Assembly (NCBI GenBank): GCA_964587315.1
Contig: CAZPLW010000001.1
Span: forward strand, 55,374 to 119,373
DNA from: an uncultured Lysobacter sp.
Lineage (GTDB): Bacteria; Pseudomonadota; Gammaproteobacteria; Burkholderiales; Usitatibacteraceae
Length of the DNA stretch: 64,000 bases
Reading direction: 5' to 3'
A model generated the notes under the pieces. The model saw only the letters and a list, made by a program, of their open reading frames with translations, did no database searches and was not told where the DNA came from. Of this stretch, positions 53,488 through 62,714 are shown one piece after another. A program made the position numbers and the translations under genes. Position 1 is the first letter of the stretch, and every line of letters starts with the position of its first letter.

Positions 53488-54047
53488 TTCAGCTCGGTGT
53501 CCTTGTAGTACTTGGTGCCCTTGGCGGTGAGCTCGGCGGCGAGCCCGTCGTCGGTGAGCTGGTAGAGCCAGACGCCCGGCGAGATGGACATCGCGCCGGC
53601 ATAGACCTCCGAGCCCTTGCCGCTCACCTGGGCCGAGGCGGTGGCCTGCGCGCCCAGTTCCCAGCCGGCGTTGATGAACTTGTCCAGGTCGGACTGCTTC
53701 TCGAAGACCCAGACCAGACGGAACTTCTTCACGCCGACGCCCAGGCCCGCCTGGACCTCGACCATCTTCATGAAGGTCTCCTTCTTCGCCTTGCGGTTCA
53801 CGGCGAGGCCGGACCCCGAGCCGCCGCCCGCGAAGAGGATCTTCATGCCGAAATTGCTGAAGACCGCGTAGCCGGCGGAGCGCTCGATGGCGTCCTTCGC
53901 GTGGGGCTGCGACTTGTAGAGGCGCTGGAGCGTGTTCTCCGTGACGTCGCGCACGTCCTGGCGCTTCTCTTCCACCGAGGCCGCGAAGGCCGGCCCGCCC
54001 AGCGCGAGCACGGCGGCGAGGCAAAGCGATGCGATGCGGGGGTTCAT
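53484..54047 (-). CDS. Secreted SYLF (DUF500/Ysc84-like) domain protein (tentative)
   Basis: Signal peptide, then SAGYAVFSNFGMKILFAGGGSGSGLAV..QAGLGVGVKKFRLVWVF..WELGAQATASAQ..GVWLYQLTDDGLAAELTAKGTKYY follows the SYLF pattern as I recall it. ATGA overlap with DUF2950. Confidence 0.5.
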   Translation of the reverse strand: MNPRIASLCLAAVLALGGPAFAASVEEKRQDVRDVTENTLQRLYKSQPHAKDAIERSAGYAVFSNFGMKILFAGGGSGSGLAVNRKAKKETFMKMVEVQAGLGVGVKKFRLVWVFEKQSDLDKFINAGWELGAQATASAQVSGKGSEVYAGAMSISPGVWLYQLTDDGLAAELTAKGTKYYKDTELN

Positions 54048-55042
54048 TGGGGAGCCTTTTTCCAGCGCTTGTCGGGATCGAAGCGCGTCAACTTTCCGGC
54101 GACGGCCGCCGTGTCCTTGCCCAGATCCGCCTCGTAGACCACGCCGTCGTGGTTCACGATGAAGGACATCACGCCCGAGACGCCGTACTTGGCCGGGTAC
54201 GCGACGACCGCGAAGCCGCCGAAGAGCATGCCGTTCACCAGGTAATCGTACTTGCCGCCCGGCGCGAAGCCGCCCTGGCCCGTGAGGATGCGGAAGTAGT
54301 ACCCGTTGTAGGGTGCGGGCTGGCCACTGGCCAGCTTCCCCTTGCCGTAGCCCTTTTCCGCCGCCCGGGCCACCAGGGGGCCGAGCGGGCTCTGCGGCTC
54401 GCCGGACTTCGTCTCCCAGTACAGGCCGTCCTTCTTGCCGGAGGTCGAAAGCAGGCGCGCGGCGTAATTGCGCACGCCGTTGCCGTCCGAATCGTTGGCC
54501 GCGTACTCGCGCTGCGCGTCCACGATGGCGAGCAGCGTCTGGATGGTGTCGAGCTCGTTGCGGCCCACGCGGCGGTTGGTGATCTCCTCGCGGCCGGCCT
54601 CGGCATCGAAGGCCCAGGCGCTGCCGCGCTTCACGATCGGCGCGGCGAACGGGTAGTCGTCCTTGCCGACGACGAGGGTCGCCTTGGCGTCGCCGTCCTT
54701 CACGAGCGCGTTCTTCTCGTCGTAGGCGGCGGCGAAGCGCTTCCAGGCGTTGGCGTCGGCCACCTTGTCGCCGGTGAAGATCCAGCTGCGCGAGGCGGGG
54801 CCCACGACACCGACGAGCGCGTCCACGTCGGCGGCCTTCACCGCATCCACGAGGGCCTTGGCGGCCTCCTCGGGCGTGGCGAAGGTGCGCTGCTTGGCCG
54901 GGGCTTTCTTCGGCGCCGCGGCGGCCGGCTTGGCGGCGGCCTTGGCTTCGGGGGCCGCCTGCGCGTGGGCGCCGGCGGACAGGGTCAGGGTGAACGCCGC
55001 GGCGAGCGAGGCGACGATCGGGGTCAGCTTGTTCATGTTCAT
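54044..55042 (-). CDS. DUF2950 domain protein (copy B)
   Basis: Paralog of 36336..37304 (FATPEEAAKALVDAV..VGRNELDTIQTLLAIVDAQREYA..GLYWETKSGEPQSPLGPL..YNGYYFRILTGQG..SFIVNHDGVVYEADLG). Confidence 0.85.
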   Translation of the reverse strand: MNMNKLTPIVASLAAAFTLTLSAGAHAQAAPEAKAAAKPAAAAPKKAPAKQRTFATPEEAAKALVDAVKAADVDALVGVVGPASRSWIFTGDKVADANAWKRFAAAYDEKNALVKDGDAKATLVVGKDDYPFAAPIVKRGSAWAFDAEAGREEITNRRVGRNELDTIQTLLAIVDAQREYAANDSDGNGVRNYAARLLSTSGKKDGLYWETKSGEPQSPLGPLVARAAEKGYGKGKLASGQPAPYNGYYFRILTGQGGFAPGGKYDYLVNGMLFGGFAVVAYPAKYGVSGVMSFIVNHDGVVYEADLGKDTAAVAGKLTRFDPDKRWKKAPQ

Positions 55043-55066
55043 GGTCTCCGTGTCCTGGGGTATGGG

Positions 55067-56359
55067 TCAGCCGCGACGTCCGCCGCCACGCCCACCGCCG
55101 CCACCACCGGCACCGCCGCCACCGCCCATCGAGGACCGGCTCGAACTGCCGCGCGAACTCGCGTCGCGCGTCGAGGCGCCGGACCCGGACCCGGAGAATC
55201 CGCCGCCGCCACCGCCCTGGCGGGTTGAGGCCCCACCTCCGCCCATGTCGCGGCTGCCGGTGCTCGCCGACCCGCGCGAGCCCATGCCCTGCGTGTTGGC
55301 CTGGGCGGCGCGGTTGCCCGCGTCGCGACCGCCGGCGTCGCGGCTGCCCGCGCTGGCGCGATCGGCCTGCGAGACGCGGTCGTTCAGCTGGCCCTTGTCC
55401 ATGGATTTCAACTCCCCGCGTCCCTGCTCGGCGTGACCCCGGAACTGCTCGCGAGACTGCGCGGCCTTCGCGTCGCCGCCGCGGTTGTACTTCTGCGCGG
55501 TGGCGTTGTCGCGGTAGCTCACGCCCTTGCGGTGGTCGGCGTTGTGCTGGAAGTTGTTGTTCTGGAGGTTCGTCCGGTTGAAGTTGTTGTAGTTGTTCCG
55601 GTTGATGTTGATCTCGTTGCCGCCCCAGTTGCAGCCGCCCCAGATGGCCGCGCCCACGAAGACGCCGGTGGCGAACGCGACGCCCGGCGCGTAGACGTAT
55701 CCGGGCGGATACATGTAGTACGGCGGATACGAGTACCACCAGGAACCGTAGACGACCGACGGGTTGTACGTCGGCACGTAGACCGTCTCGGGCTTGGCGG
55801 ACTCGATGATGTAGACCGTCTTGTTCTCGACGGTCTCCGTCTTCACGTTCTGCTCGGGCGTCGTCTTCAGGTTGCCCGCGGCCTGGGCCTTGGCGCGAAG
55901 CGACTGGACCGTCGCCATCACCGGCTTCTGGTCGACGAGAAAGGCGTCGCCCAGCTTCTGCGTCCAGGAGAGGTTCTCGTTCATCTGCTTGAGCACCTGG
56001 GGCACGGCGGTGAGCGCCTTCACGGCCGGGTCCCACGCCTGCTTCTGCATCGCGTCCTCGAGCGCCTTGTCCTTCACGCCCGGGTTGGCCTTCGACCAGC
56101 GCGCCGCCTCGACGACCTCGAGCGGGTAGGTGGAGGCCATGAGGATCTGGGCGATGAGCGCGTCCGGATAGAGCGCGATCGGCGCGAGGAGCTGGTCGAG
56201 CTCCTGCTGGCTGACGGCGGCGGCGGGTGCGGCAGCGGGTGTCGTGGCCGGCGCGGCAGCCGGGGCGGGGGCCGGAGCCTGGCCCTGGACGACGGGCATC
56301 ACGAGGCAGGCGGAAACGGCCAAAGCGAGCGCGCGGGAAGAGCGAGCGGTAAGGGACAT
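55067..56359 (-). CDS. DUF3300 domain protein (copy B) with a Gly/Ser/Arg-rich tail
   Basis: Paralog of 37304..38521. The N-terminal domain is nearly identical (QQELDQLLAPIALYPDALIAQILMASTYPLEVVEAARW...). Start taken at MSLTARSS. Confidence 0.85.
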   Translation of the reverse strand: MSLTARSSRALALAVSACLVMPVVQGQAPAPAPAAAPATTPAAAPAAAVSQQELDQLLAPIALYPDALIAQILMASTYPLEVVEAARWSKANPGVKDKALEDAMQKQAWDPAVKALTAVPQVLKQMNENLSWTQKLGDAFLVDQKPVMATVQSLRAKAQAAGNLKTTPEQNVKTETVENKTVYIIESAKPETVYVPTYNPSVVYGSWWYSYPPYYMYPPGYVYAPGVAFATGVFVGAAIWGGCNWGGNEININRNNYNNFNRTNLQNNNFQHNADHRKGVSYRDNATAQKYNRGGDAKAAQSREQFRGHAEQGRGELKSMDKGQLNDRVSQADRASAGSRDAGGRDAGNRAAQANTQGMGSRGSASTGSRDMGGGGASTRQGGGGGGFSGSGSGASTRDASSRGSSSRSSMGGGGGAGGGGGGRGGGRRG

Positions 56360-56434
56360 TTTTCGTTCTCGCAGCGTGGGGAACACCCATTGTACCCGCC
56401 GGCCGGATGTCCCCCTACGCGGGGCCGGGCGGGT

Positions 56435-56707
56435 TCAGTCGCGGATGCGCGCGCCCTTGATCGTGCCCTTGGGCAGGGTCGCTTCCTTCCAGAAGGCGCC
56501 CGCGGGACCGCGCAGGGCCATGTACTTGATGTTGGCGACCGGGAAGATGAGCAGCCCCCCGTCGGAATCGATGACGAGGTGCTTCGCCGCCAGGAAATCG
56601 GCCACCTTCATCTGCTTGGCGGCCGTGTTGGCGGCCTGTTCGGGAAAGTCGAAGGAGAGCTTGCTGCCGTCGACGAAATGGATGGTGAGGATGCGGTCGT
56701 TCTGCAC
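56435..56707 (-). CDS. Small hypothetical protein (90 aa, GTG start)
   Basis: GGAG RBS 8 nt upstream of the GTG and coding-like composition. It lies 75 bp upstream of DUF3300 copy B on the same strand. Confidence 0.5.
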   Translation of the reverse strand: MQNDRILTIHFVDGSKLSFDFPEQAANTAAKQMKVADFLAAKHLVIDSDGGLLIFPVANIKYMALRGPAGAFWKEATLPKGTIKGARIRD

Positions 56708-56764
56708 GATGTTCTCCGGTCGCGAGGGGATCCACCGACGATAGCAGAGCCGCGCCGGGGCGGA

Positions 56765-56794
56765 TTGTCCCGGCCGGCGCGGCGGCCGTATAAT
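56765..56794 (+). promoter_or_regulatory. Sigma-70-type promoter candidate for metX (TTGTCC-N18-TATAAT)
   Basis: Perfect TATAAT at 56789-56794 and a -35-like TTGTCC at 56765-56770. Confidence 0.4.
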
Positions 56795-56800
56795 CCCCCC

Positions 56801-56925
56801 GACGCGCCGAATTTGAACTCAGCTTGCGGGCGCTTAATAAATGCGGCTAAAGCGAGATCAGGCGTCCCGAATCCCGAGAGCCCGACCTTCGCGAAAGCCG
56901 GTCGGGCTTTGCTTTTCATCGGACC
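56801..56925 (+). promoter_or_regulatory. Structured metX 5' leader, riboswitch / attenuator candidate (SAM-II-like?)
   Basis: GCGCC (56804-08) pairs with GGCGC (56829-33). Loop GCUU (56822-25) can pair with the downstream AAGC (56850-53), giving an H-type pseudoknot. A terminator hairpin follows. Confidence 0.3.
56879..56917 (+). terminator. Intrinsic terminator / attenuator hairpin inside the metX leader
   Basis: AGCCCGACC-N12-GGTCGGGCT (9 bp stem) followed by TTGCTTTTC, ending 9 nt before the metX ATG. Confidence 0.5.
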
Positions 56926-58149
56926 ATGACCGCCATACCGCCAGGCTCCGTGGGAGAGGTCGCGCCGCAGCGCGCGGGCTTCCTCGAGCCGCTCATCCTC
57001 AAGGCCGGCCGCACGCTCGCCTCGTACGAGCTCGTCTACGAGACGTACGGGACGCTGAACGCCGACCGCTCCAACGCCCTCCTCGTGTGCCACGCGCTCT
57101 CGGGCAACCACCACGTGGCCGGCTGGCACGCCGACAACCCGAAGAAGCCCGGTTGGTGGGACAACATGATCGGGCCCGGCAAGGCCGTCGACACCAACCG
57201 CTTCTTCGTGATCGGGGTGAACAACCTCGGCGGCTGCCACGGGTCCACCGGGCCCGCGTCCATCGACCGCGCCACGGGCCAGCCCTACGGCGCGACCTTC
57301 CCGGTGATCACCGTCGAGGACTGGGTCGCTTCCCAGGCGCGCCTCATGGACCGCCTGGGCATCGAGCGCCTCGCGGGCGCCCTGGGCGGCTCGCTGGGCG
57401 GCATGCAGGCGCTCCAGTGGACGCTGTCGTACCCCTCGCGCATCCGCCACGCGCTCGTCATCGCGGCCGCGCCCAAGCTGAGCACGCAGAACATCGCCTT
57501 CAACGACGTGGCGCGGCAGGCGATCGTCTCGGACCCGGACTTCCACGGCGGCAACTTCTACGCGCACGGCGCCATCCCCGCGACCGGTCTCAAGCTCGCG
57601 CGCATGCTCGGGCACATCACCTACCTGTCGGAAGACCTGCTGGGCGCGAAGTTCGGCCGCGACGTGAAGGGCGGCGAGTACGGCTTCAACTACGAGGTGG
57701 AGTTCGAGATCGAGTCGTACCTGCGCTACCAGGGCGACAAGTTCGCGCAGGTGTTCGACGCCAACACGTACCTGCTCATGACCAAGGCCCTCGACTACTT
57801 CGACCCGGCCAAGGAGGCGGGCGGCGACCTCGCGAAGGCGCTGTCGGTGGCAGAGGCCGGGTTCCTGCTCGCGTCCTTCAAGAGCGACTGGCGCTTCCCG
57901 CCGGAGCGCTCGCGCGAGATCGTGCAGGCCCTCGTGAAGGCGAAGCGGCGCGTCACGTACGCGGAGATCGACGCACCCCATGGCCACGACGCGTTCCTGC
58001 TGGACGACGCGCGCTACCACCGCCTCGTCGCGGCCTACCTCGACAACGTGGCCGGCGAGATCGGCGCCGGGGCGCGCCAGGGGCCGCTCATCGTGGGCGG
58101 CGCGGAGCTCGAGGAGATGAAGGGATTCGAAAGAAAGGGGGCAGCGTGA
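56926..58149 (+). CDS. metX: Homoserine O-acyltransferase MetX (acetyl- or succinyl-transferring)
   Basis: [71 protein letters not shown] are canonical MetX motifs. Confidence 0.92.
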   Translation: MTAIPPGSVGEVAPQRAGFLEPLILKAGRTLASYELVYETYGTLNADRSNALLVCHALSGNHHVAGWHADNPKKPGWWDNMIGPGKAVDTNRFFVIGVNNLGGCHGSTGPASIDRATGQPYGATFPVITVEDWVASQARLMDRLGIERLAGALGGSLGGMQALQWTLSYPSRIRHALVIAAAPKLSTQNIAFNDVARQAIVSDPDFHGGNFYAHGAIPATGLKLARMLGHITYLSEDLLGAKFGRDVKGGEYGFNYEVEFEIESYLRYQGDKFAQVFDANTYLLMTKALDYFDPAKEAGGDLAKALSVAEAGFLLASFKSDWRFPPERSREIVQALVKAKRRVTYAEIDAPHGHDAFLLDDARYHRLVAAYLDNVAGEIGAGARQGPLIVGGAELEEMKGFERKGAA

Positions 58150-58252
58150 GGCACCCGGCGAGGGACCCGCTTGCGGGATCGACGGCAAGCCGAGCGCTGC
58201 CGGGCGCCGACACGATGACTGTTGCACTGGCTTCTTCGGTCAAGGAGGCGCC

Positions 58253-58849
58253 GTGAGCACCGCCCGTTACGACTTCCAGCTCATCTCCTCGTGGATTCCC
58301 GAGGGCTCGCGCGTGCTCGACCTGGGATGCGGCGACGGCACGCTGCTCGCGGGCCTCGTGGCCACCAACGGCGTCGAGGGCTACGGCATCGAGCGCGACG
58401 ACGAGCGCGTGATCGCCAGCGTGGGCCACGGCATCAACGTGCTGCAGATGGACCTCGAGACGGGACTCTCGGCCTTCGAGGACGACGCCTTCGACTTCGT
58501 GATCCTCTCGCAGACGCTGCAGGCCATGCACCGCTCGGACCGCATCCTGGGCGAGATGCTGCGCGTGGGGCGCGAGGGCATCGTCACGTTCCCGAACTTC
58601 GGGTTCTGGAAGCATCGCCTGGCCATTCTCCGGGGTCGCATGCCCGTCTCCGACGAGCTGCCCTACCAGTGGTACGACACGCCCAACATCCACCTGTGCA
58701 CGGTGAAGGACTTCGAGGACCTCTGCGCGAAGGTGGGCGCCGAGATCCTGGACGAGAGCGTGATCCACGACGGGCGCCCGGTCACGACGCTGCCCAACCT
58801 GCTCGGGAGCCTCGCGGTCTTCCGCTTCAGGCGCGCGCGAAGGGATTGA
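58253..58849 (+). CDS. metW: Methionine biosynthesis protein MetW
   Basis: RVLDLGCGDGTLL..FDFVILSQTLQAM..IVTFPNFGFWKHR..MPVSDELPYQWYDTPNIHLCTVKDFE is canonical MetW. GTG start after an AAGGAGG RBS. Confidence 0.9.
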   Translation: MSTARYDFQLISSWIPEGSRVLDLGCGDGTLLAGLVATNGVEGYGIERDDERVIASVGHGINVLQMDLETGLSAFEDDAFDFVILSQTLQAMHRSDRILGEMLRVGREGIVTFPNFGFWKHRLAILRGRMPVSDELPYQWYDTPNIHLCTVKDFEDLCAKVGAEILDESVIHDGRPVTTLPNLLGSLAVFRFRRARRD

Positions 58850-59246
58850 AGACCCGCACCCCGGCGTAGTCCTGCCCGTCCGAGAGGTCCTCGCTCACGA
58901 GCACCGCGGCGCCGAGGCGATGGGTCGCTGCGACGACCGCCGCATCCCAGTACGCCAGGCCGTAGCGCCCCTTGAGATGCAGGGCGTGGCGCACGAGCGC
59001 GGCATCCACGGCGGCAACCGGCCGCGAGTCGGCGATTTCCGCGATCATCGCGACGGCATCCTCGTGCACGAGCGATTGCGGCGCGCGAACGGCGTTGACG
59101 CAGAACTCCTGGAGCACCTGGGCGCTCACGCCCCAATCCTCGCGCGCGATCCACTCCCGGACGATTCGCGCCTTGGCCGCCTCGCGGGGATTGCGCGATA
59201 CCGCGTAGAGCAGGACGTTGGTGTCCAGGCAGTGCGCGATCTCCAT
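58827..59246 (-). CDS. vapC: PIN-domain type II toxin VapC
   Basis: CLDTNVLLYAV (first acidic residue), about 139 aa, and directly downstream of an RHH antitoxin gene with a 2-nt gap. Confidence 0.8.
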   Translation of the reverse strand: MEIAHCLDTNVLLYAVSRNPREAAKARIVREWIAREDWGVSAQVLQEFCVNAVRAPQSLVHEDAVAMIAEIADSRPVAAVDAALVRHALHLKGRYGLAYWDAAVVAATHRLGAAVLVSEDLSDGQDYAGVRVFNPFARA

Positions 59247-59248
59247 CG

Positions 59249-59560
59249 TCAGGACCCGCTCTTGCGAAGGCGTTCGCGATCGTGCGCCTGCTCCCGCGTC
59301 AGGCGCTTGGACGCGTCGACGCCGCGGTCGCCGGCAATCGCGAGAAGCCGCTCCAGGAGCCTGTCGCCCGGTGGCGCGGGCGACGCGGCCCCGTAGGCCG
59401 CCACGGTTGTGCCTGCCCTGATGGCGGCTGGCTCGCTCGCCGCCGACTCGAGGATGGCCATGAGTTCGCCCTGCAGCGAGCGATGGTTGCGCTCGGCCCG
59501 GCGCCTCAACCGGGCGGCGAGGGATTCGGGGACGCTTTTCACGGAGAGGTTGACGGGCAT
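59249..59560 (-). CDS. Ribbon-helix-helix (Arc/FitA-like) antitoxin
   Basis: MPVNLSVKSVPESLAARLRRRAERNHRSLQGELMAILE is an RHH N-terminal domain. Confidence 0.7.
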   Translation of the reverse strand: MPVNLSVKSVPESLAARLRRRAERNHRSLQGELMAILESAASEPAAIRAGTTVAAYGAASPAPPGDRLLERLLAIAGDRGVDASKRLTREQAHDRERLRKSGS

Positions 59561-59728
59561 GGTGGCTCCAGAATGACTCCAATGGCTCCATTCGGGCTCC
59601 ACTCGGGCGTGGCCGCAAGGAACCCGCCCGTCCGAGCCGTCCCGCGCCGATGCGGGTCGCGGCCAAACGCTCTACCATCTCGAATCGGGGATCCTGCCCA
59701 TCGGGCGACAACGGGACGTGATCGAGCC

Positions 59729-60691
59729 ATGAGAATCCTCATCACCGGCGGGGCGGGCTTCCTCGGGCTGCGGCTCGCGAAGCGGATCCTGCAAACGGGC
59801 GCGATCGCCGGCCCGGACGGGAATGCGCAGCCCGTGACGCGCATCGTGCTCGCGGACATCGCGACGGCCGCCCTCGACGACCCGCGCGTCACCTCGCTCG
59901 CGGGCGACATCGCGGACCCGGCCTTCGTCGACGAGGCGCTGGGAGGCGACACCGCGAGCGTCTTCCACCTCGCCGCGGTGGTGAGCGGCCAGGCCGAGGC
60001 GGATTTCGACCTCGGCCTTCGCGTGAACCTCGACGCGACGCGCGCGCTGCTGGAAGCCTGCCGCCAGCTGCCGCGCCCGCCGCGCTTCGTCTTCACGAGC
60101 AGCGTCGCCGTCTTCGGCGGGCCGCTGCCCACGCCCGTACCTGAGACTTGGATCCTCAACCCGCAGAACTCCTACGGCACGCAGAAGGCCATCGGCGAGC
60201 TGCTGGTGAACGACTATTCGAGGAAGGGCTTCGTCGACGGCCGCGCGCTGCGCCTGCCGACCATCAGCGTGCGGCCGGGGCGCCCCAACAAGGCCGCCTC
60301 GTCGTTCGCGAGCGGCATCATCCGCGAACCGCTGGCCGGCGAGATCTCGCCCTGCCCCGTGCCGCGCGAGACGCCGATGTGGCTCTCCTCGCCGCGCGCG
60401 GTGACCGGGCACTTCCTGCAGGCGCACGACGCGCCGGCCGCCGCGTACGGCACCAGCCGCTCGCTCAACTTGCCGGGCCTCACGGTGACGGCGGGCGAGA
60501 TGGTGGCGACGCTCGAGCGCGTGGCCGGGCGCGAGGTTGCTGCCCGCGTGCTCTGGGAGCCCGACGAGGCCGTGGCCGCCATCGTCACGCGCTGGCCGGC
60601 GCGCCTCGAGACGGTACGCGCCGAGGCGATGGGCATGAGGGCCGAGCCGGATTTCGAGTCGATCGTGCGCGCGTACATCGCCGGCGAATAG
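59729..60691 (+). CDS. NAD-dependent epimerase/dehydratase family protein, D-erythronate dehydrogenase (DenD)-like
   Basis: ILITGGAGFLG Rossmann motif, VFHLAAVVSGQAEADFDLGLRVNLDATR, NSYGTQKAIGELLVNDYSRKGFVDGRALRLPTISVRPGRPNKAASSFASGIIREPL. Confidence 0.65.
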   Translation: MRILITGGAGFLGLRLAKRILQTGAIAGPDGNAQPVTRIVLADIATAALDDPRVTSLAGDIADPAFVDEALGGDTASVFHLAAVVSGQAEADFDLGLRVNLDATRALLEACRQLPRPPRFVFTSSVAVFGGPLPTPVPETWILNPQNSYGTQKAIGELLVNDYSRKGFVDGRALRLPTISVRPGRPNKAASSFASGIIREPLAGEISPCPVPRETPMWLSSPRAVTGHFLQAHDAPAAAYGTSRSLNLPGLTVTAGEMVATLERVAGREVAARVLWEPDEAVAAIVTRWPARLETVRAEAMGMRAEPDFESIVRAYIAGE

Positions 60692-60729
60692 TTCGCGCCT
60701 CCCTGCGGCGGTTGCGGCAGAATTCCCGC

Positions 60730-61521
60730 ATGCCCCGCCTCGCCGCCAACGTCTCCTGCCTGTATCCCGACCGGCCGTTCCTCGACCGGTTCGCCGACGC
60801 GGCGCGCGACGGCTTCCGCGGCGTGGAGATGGACTTCCCCTACGAGTACGGCGTGCACGAGATCCGCGCGCGGCTCAAGGCCTACGGCCTCAAGCTGGCC
60901 CTTTTCATCGCGCCGGCCGGCGACTGGGCGGCCGGCGAGCGCGGCATCGCGTCCATCCCCGGCCGCGAGCGGGAGTTCCGGGAAGGCCTCGCCCTCGCGT
61001 TCGAGTACGCGCGCGTGCTGGGCAACCGGGGCGTGCAGGTAATGGCGGGCTCGTTGGCCCGGGACGAGGACCCGGCGCCGCGGCGCGAGGCCTTCGTGCG
61101 CAACCTCGCCTGGGCCGCGGGCGAGGCGGCGCTGCATGGCGTGACGCTCACGATCGAGCCGCTCAACCCGGTGGACTTTCCCGGATACCTCCTGTCGAGG
61201 CAGGAAGACGCCCACGCCATTCTCGCCGAGGTGAAGTCGCCCCACCTCAAGGTGCAGCTCGACCTCTACCACGCGCGCATGGTCGAGGGCGACCTGCGCG
61301 GGCACCTGCGCCGTCACTTCAAGGACGTAGGCCACGTGCAGGTCGCGGGCTTTCCCGGCCGCCACGAGCCCGACGCCGGCGAGATCGACGTCGCCGCGCT
61401 CTTCGAGCAGCTGGACCACCTGGGCTACGGCGGCTGGATCGGCTGCGAATACCACCCGCGCGGCGACACGAGCCGGGGCCTCGCGTGGGCGCGGCCGTGG
61501 CTGGACCCGAGGTACTGGTGA
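60730..61521 (+). CDS. Hydroxypyruvate isomerase family protein (OtnI / 2-oxo-tetronate isomerase-like TIM barrel)
   Basis: PRLAANVSCLYPDRPFLDRFADAARDGFRGVEM..TIEPLNP..PGYLLSR..LKVQLDLYHA..HVQVAGFPGRHEP..GWIGCEYHP. Confidence 0.8.
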   Translation: MPRLAANVSCLYPDRPFLDRFADAARDGFRGVEMDFPYEYGVHEIRARLKAYGLKLALFIAPAGDWAAGERGIASIPGREREFREGLALAFEYARVLGNRGVQVMAGSLARDEDPAPRREAFVRNLAWAAGEAALHGVTLTIEPLNPVDFPGYLLSRQEDAHAILAEVKSPHLKVQLDLYHARMVEGDLRGHLRRHFKDVGHVQVAGFPGRHEPDAGEIDVAALFEQLDHLGYGGWIGCEYHPRGDTSRGLAWARPWLDPRYW

Positions 61522-62714
61522 ACGGCGCGCGCGGTCTCGTCCTCGCGAGCGCGGCCTCGCAGTTCCTGCTCGCGATCGGCTGGGCCGTCTACGTCATCTA
61601 CCTGCCGGCGCTCGCGGCGCAGGCGGGCATCGACAAGCGCTGGGTGCCGTGGATCCTGCTCATGGACCAGGCGATCTTCGCGGCCATGGACTGGACGCTC
61701 GGGATGGCGGCCGATCGCGTGGCCGCGGCGACCGGACGCCTCGCGAACGCGATCGCGCTCGCGACCGTGGTGTCCTGCGGGGCCTTCCTCGCGATGCCCC
61801 TCGTCGCGCCGCAAGGCTCGCCCGCGCTCTTTCTCGCGCTCACGGTCGCGTGGTCCGCGACGTCCTCCGCGCTGCGCGCGCCGCCCTTCGTCCTCCTGGG
61901 ACGCCACGTGCCCGGGCCCTCGCAACCGGCGGCCGCGGCGTGGTTCCTCTTCGGGCTGGGCGTGGCCGGAGCGATCGGGCCCTATCTCGCGAGCGCCCTC
62001 AAGGGAGCCGACCCGCGCCTGCCCTTCGCGCTCGCCGCGATCTCGCTCGCGCTCGCGACGATGGTCCTCGTGCGCGCCATCCACGCGAACCCCGCGCCCG
62101 CCCCCGAGGCCACCGCGCGCCGGGCCGAACTGCCGGCGGGGCCGGTCACCGCCTTCCTCCTCGCCGTTCTGCTCGCGGGGCTCGCCTTCCAGGTGCACTT
62201 CGCGCTGAACGCCGCGCCCGCCTTCCTGCGCTTCGCCAGCCCCAAGGACCTCGAGAACCTGATGCCCGTCTTCTGGATCGGGTTCAACGTGATGCTCGCG
62301 CCCGGCGTCCTCGCCACGAAGCGCGTGGGCGGCATCGCGGCCTTCGCGCTGGGCTCGGCGGTGGGCGGCGTGGGCGCGGTGGTCGCGGCGAGCGCGGGGT
62401 CGCTCTCCTTGCTGGTGGCGGCGCAGTTCGTCGCGGGCGCGGGATGGGGCATCGCCATCGCGAGCGCCGCGGCGGCGGCCCTCGCCATCGGGCGCACGGG
62501 ACGCGAGGGCTTCGTGAGCGGGGCGCTCTGGTCGCTGCTCGCGGTGGCCGCGTTCACGCGCATCGCGCTCGTGATCGCGCAGGTGCCGCAGGACGCGGCC
62601 TGGAAGCCGATGCTCCCCTGGCTTCCCGCGACGCTCTGGCTCGCCGCGGGACTGCTGGTGGCGGGCGCCGCTACTGCTTCGCGAAAAGGCGCGAGGGATC
62701 CTCGAACGCCTTGA
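61518..62714 (+). CDS. MFS transporter (start either GTG 61518 overlapping the upstream stop, or 61485)
   Basis: About 12 hydrophobic segments and a GTGA overlap with the isomerase gene. Confidence 0.65.
   Translation: MNGARGLVLASAASQFLLAIGWAVYVIYLPALAAQAGIDKRWVPWILLMDQAIFAAMDWTLGMAADRVAAATGRLANAIALATVVSCGAFLAMPLVAPQGSPALFLALTVAWSATSSALRAPPFVLLGRHVPGPSQPAAAAWFLFGLGVAGAIGPYLASALKGADPRLPFALAAISLALATMVLVRAIHANPAPAPEATARRAELPAGPVTAFLLAVLLAGLAFQVHFALNAAPAFLRFASPKDLENLMPVFWIGFNVMLAPGVLATKRVGGIAAFALGSAVGGVGAVVAASAGSLSLLVAAQFVAGAGWGIAIASAAAAALAIGRTGREGFVSGALWSLLAVAAFTRIALVIAQVPQDAAWKPMLPWLPATLWLAAGLLVAGAATASRKGARDPRTP

Noticed and set aside
54048-56390. 968-aa ORF 53484..56390 and similar long ORFs (36336..38603, 35860..37563) across the DUF3300/DUF2950 loci
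   Set aside because: Only their C-terminal portions coincide with real genes. The upstream parts are alternative frames of the DUF3300/DUF2950 genes.
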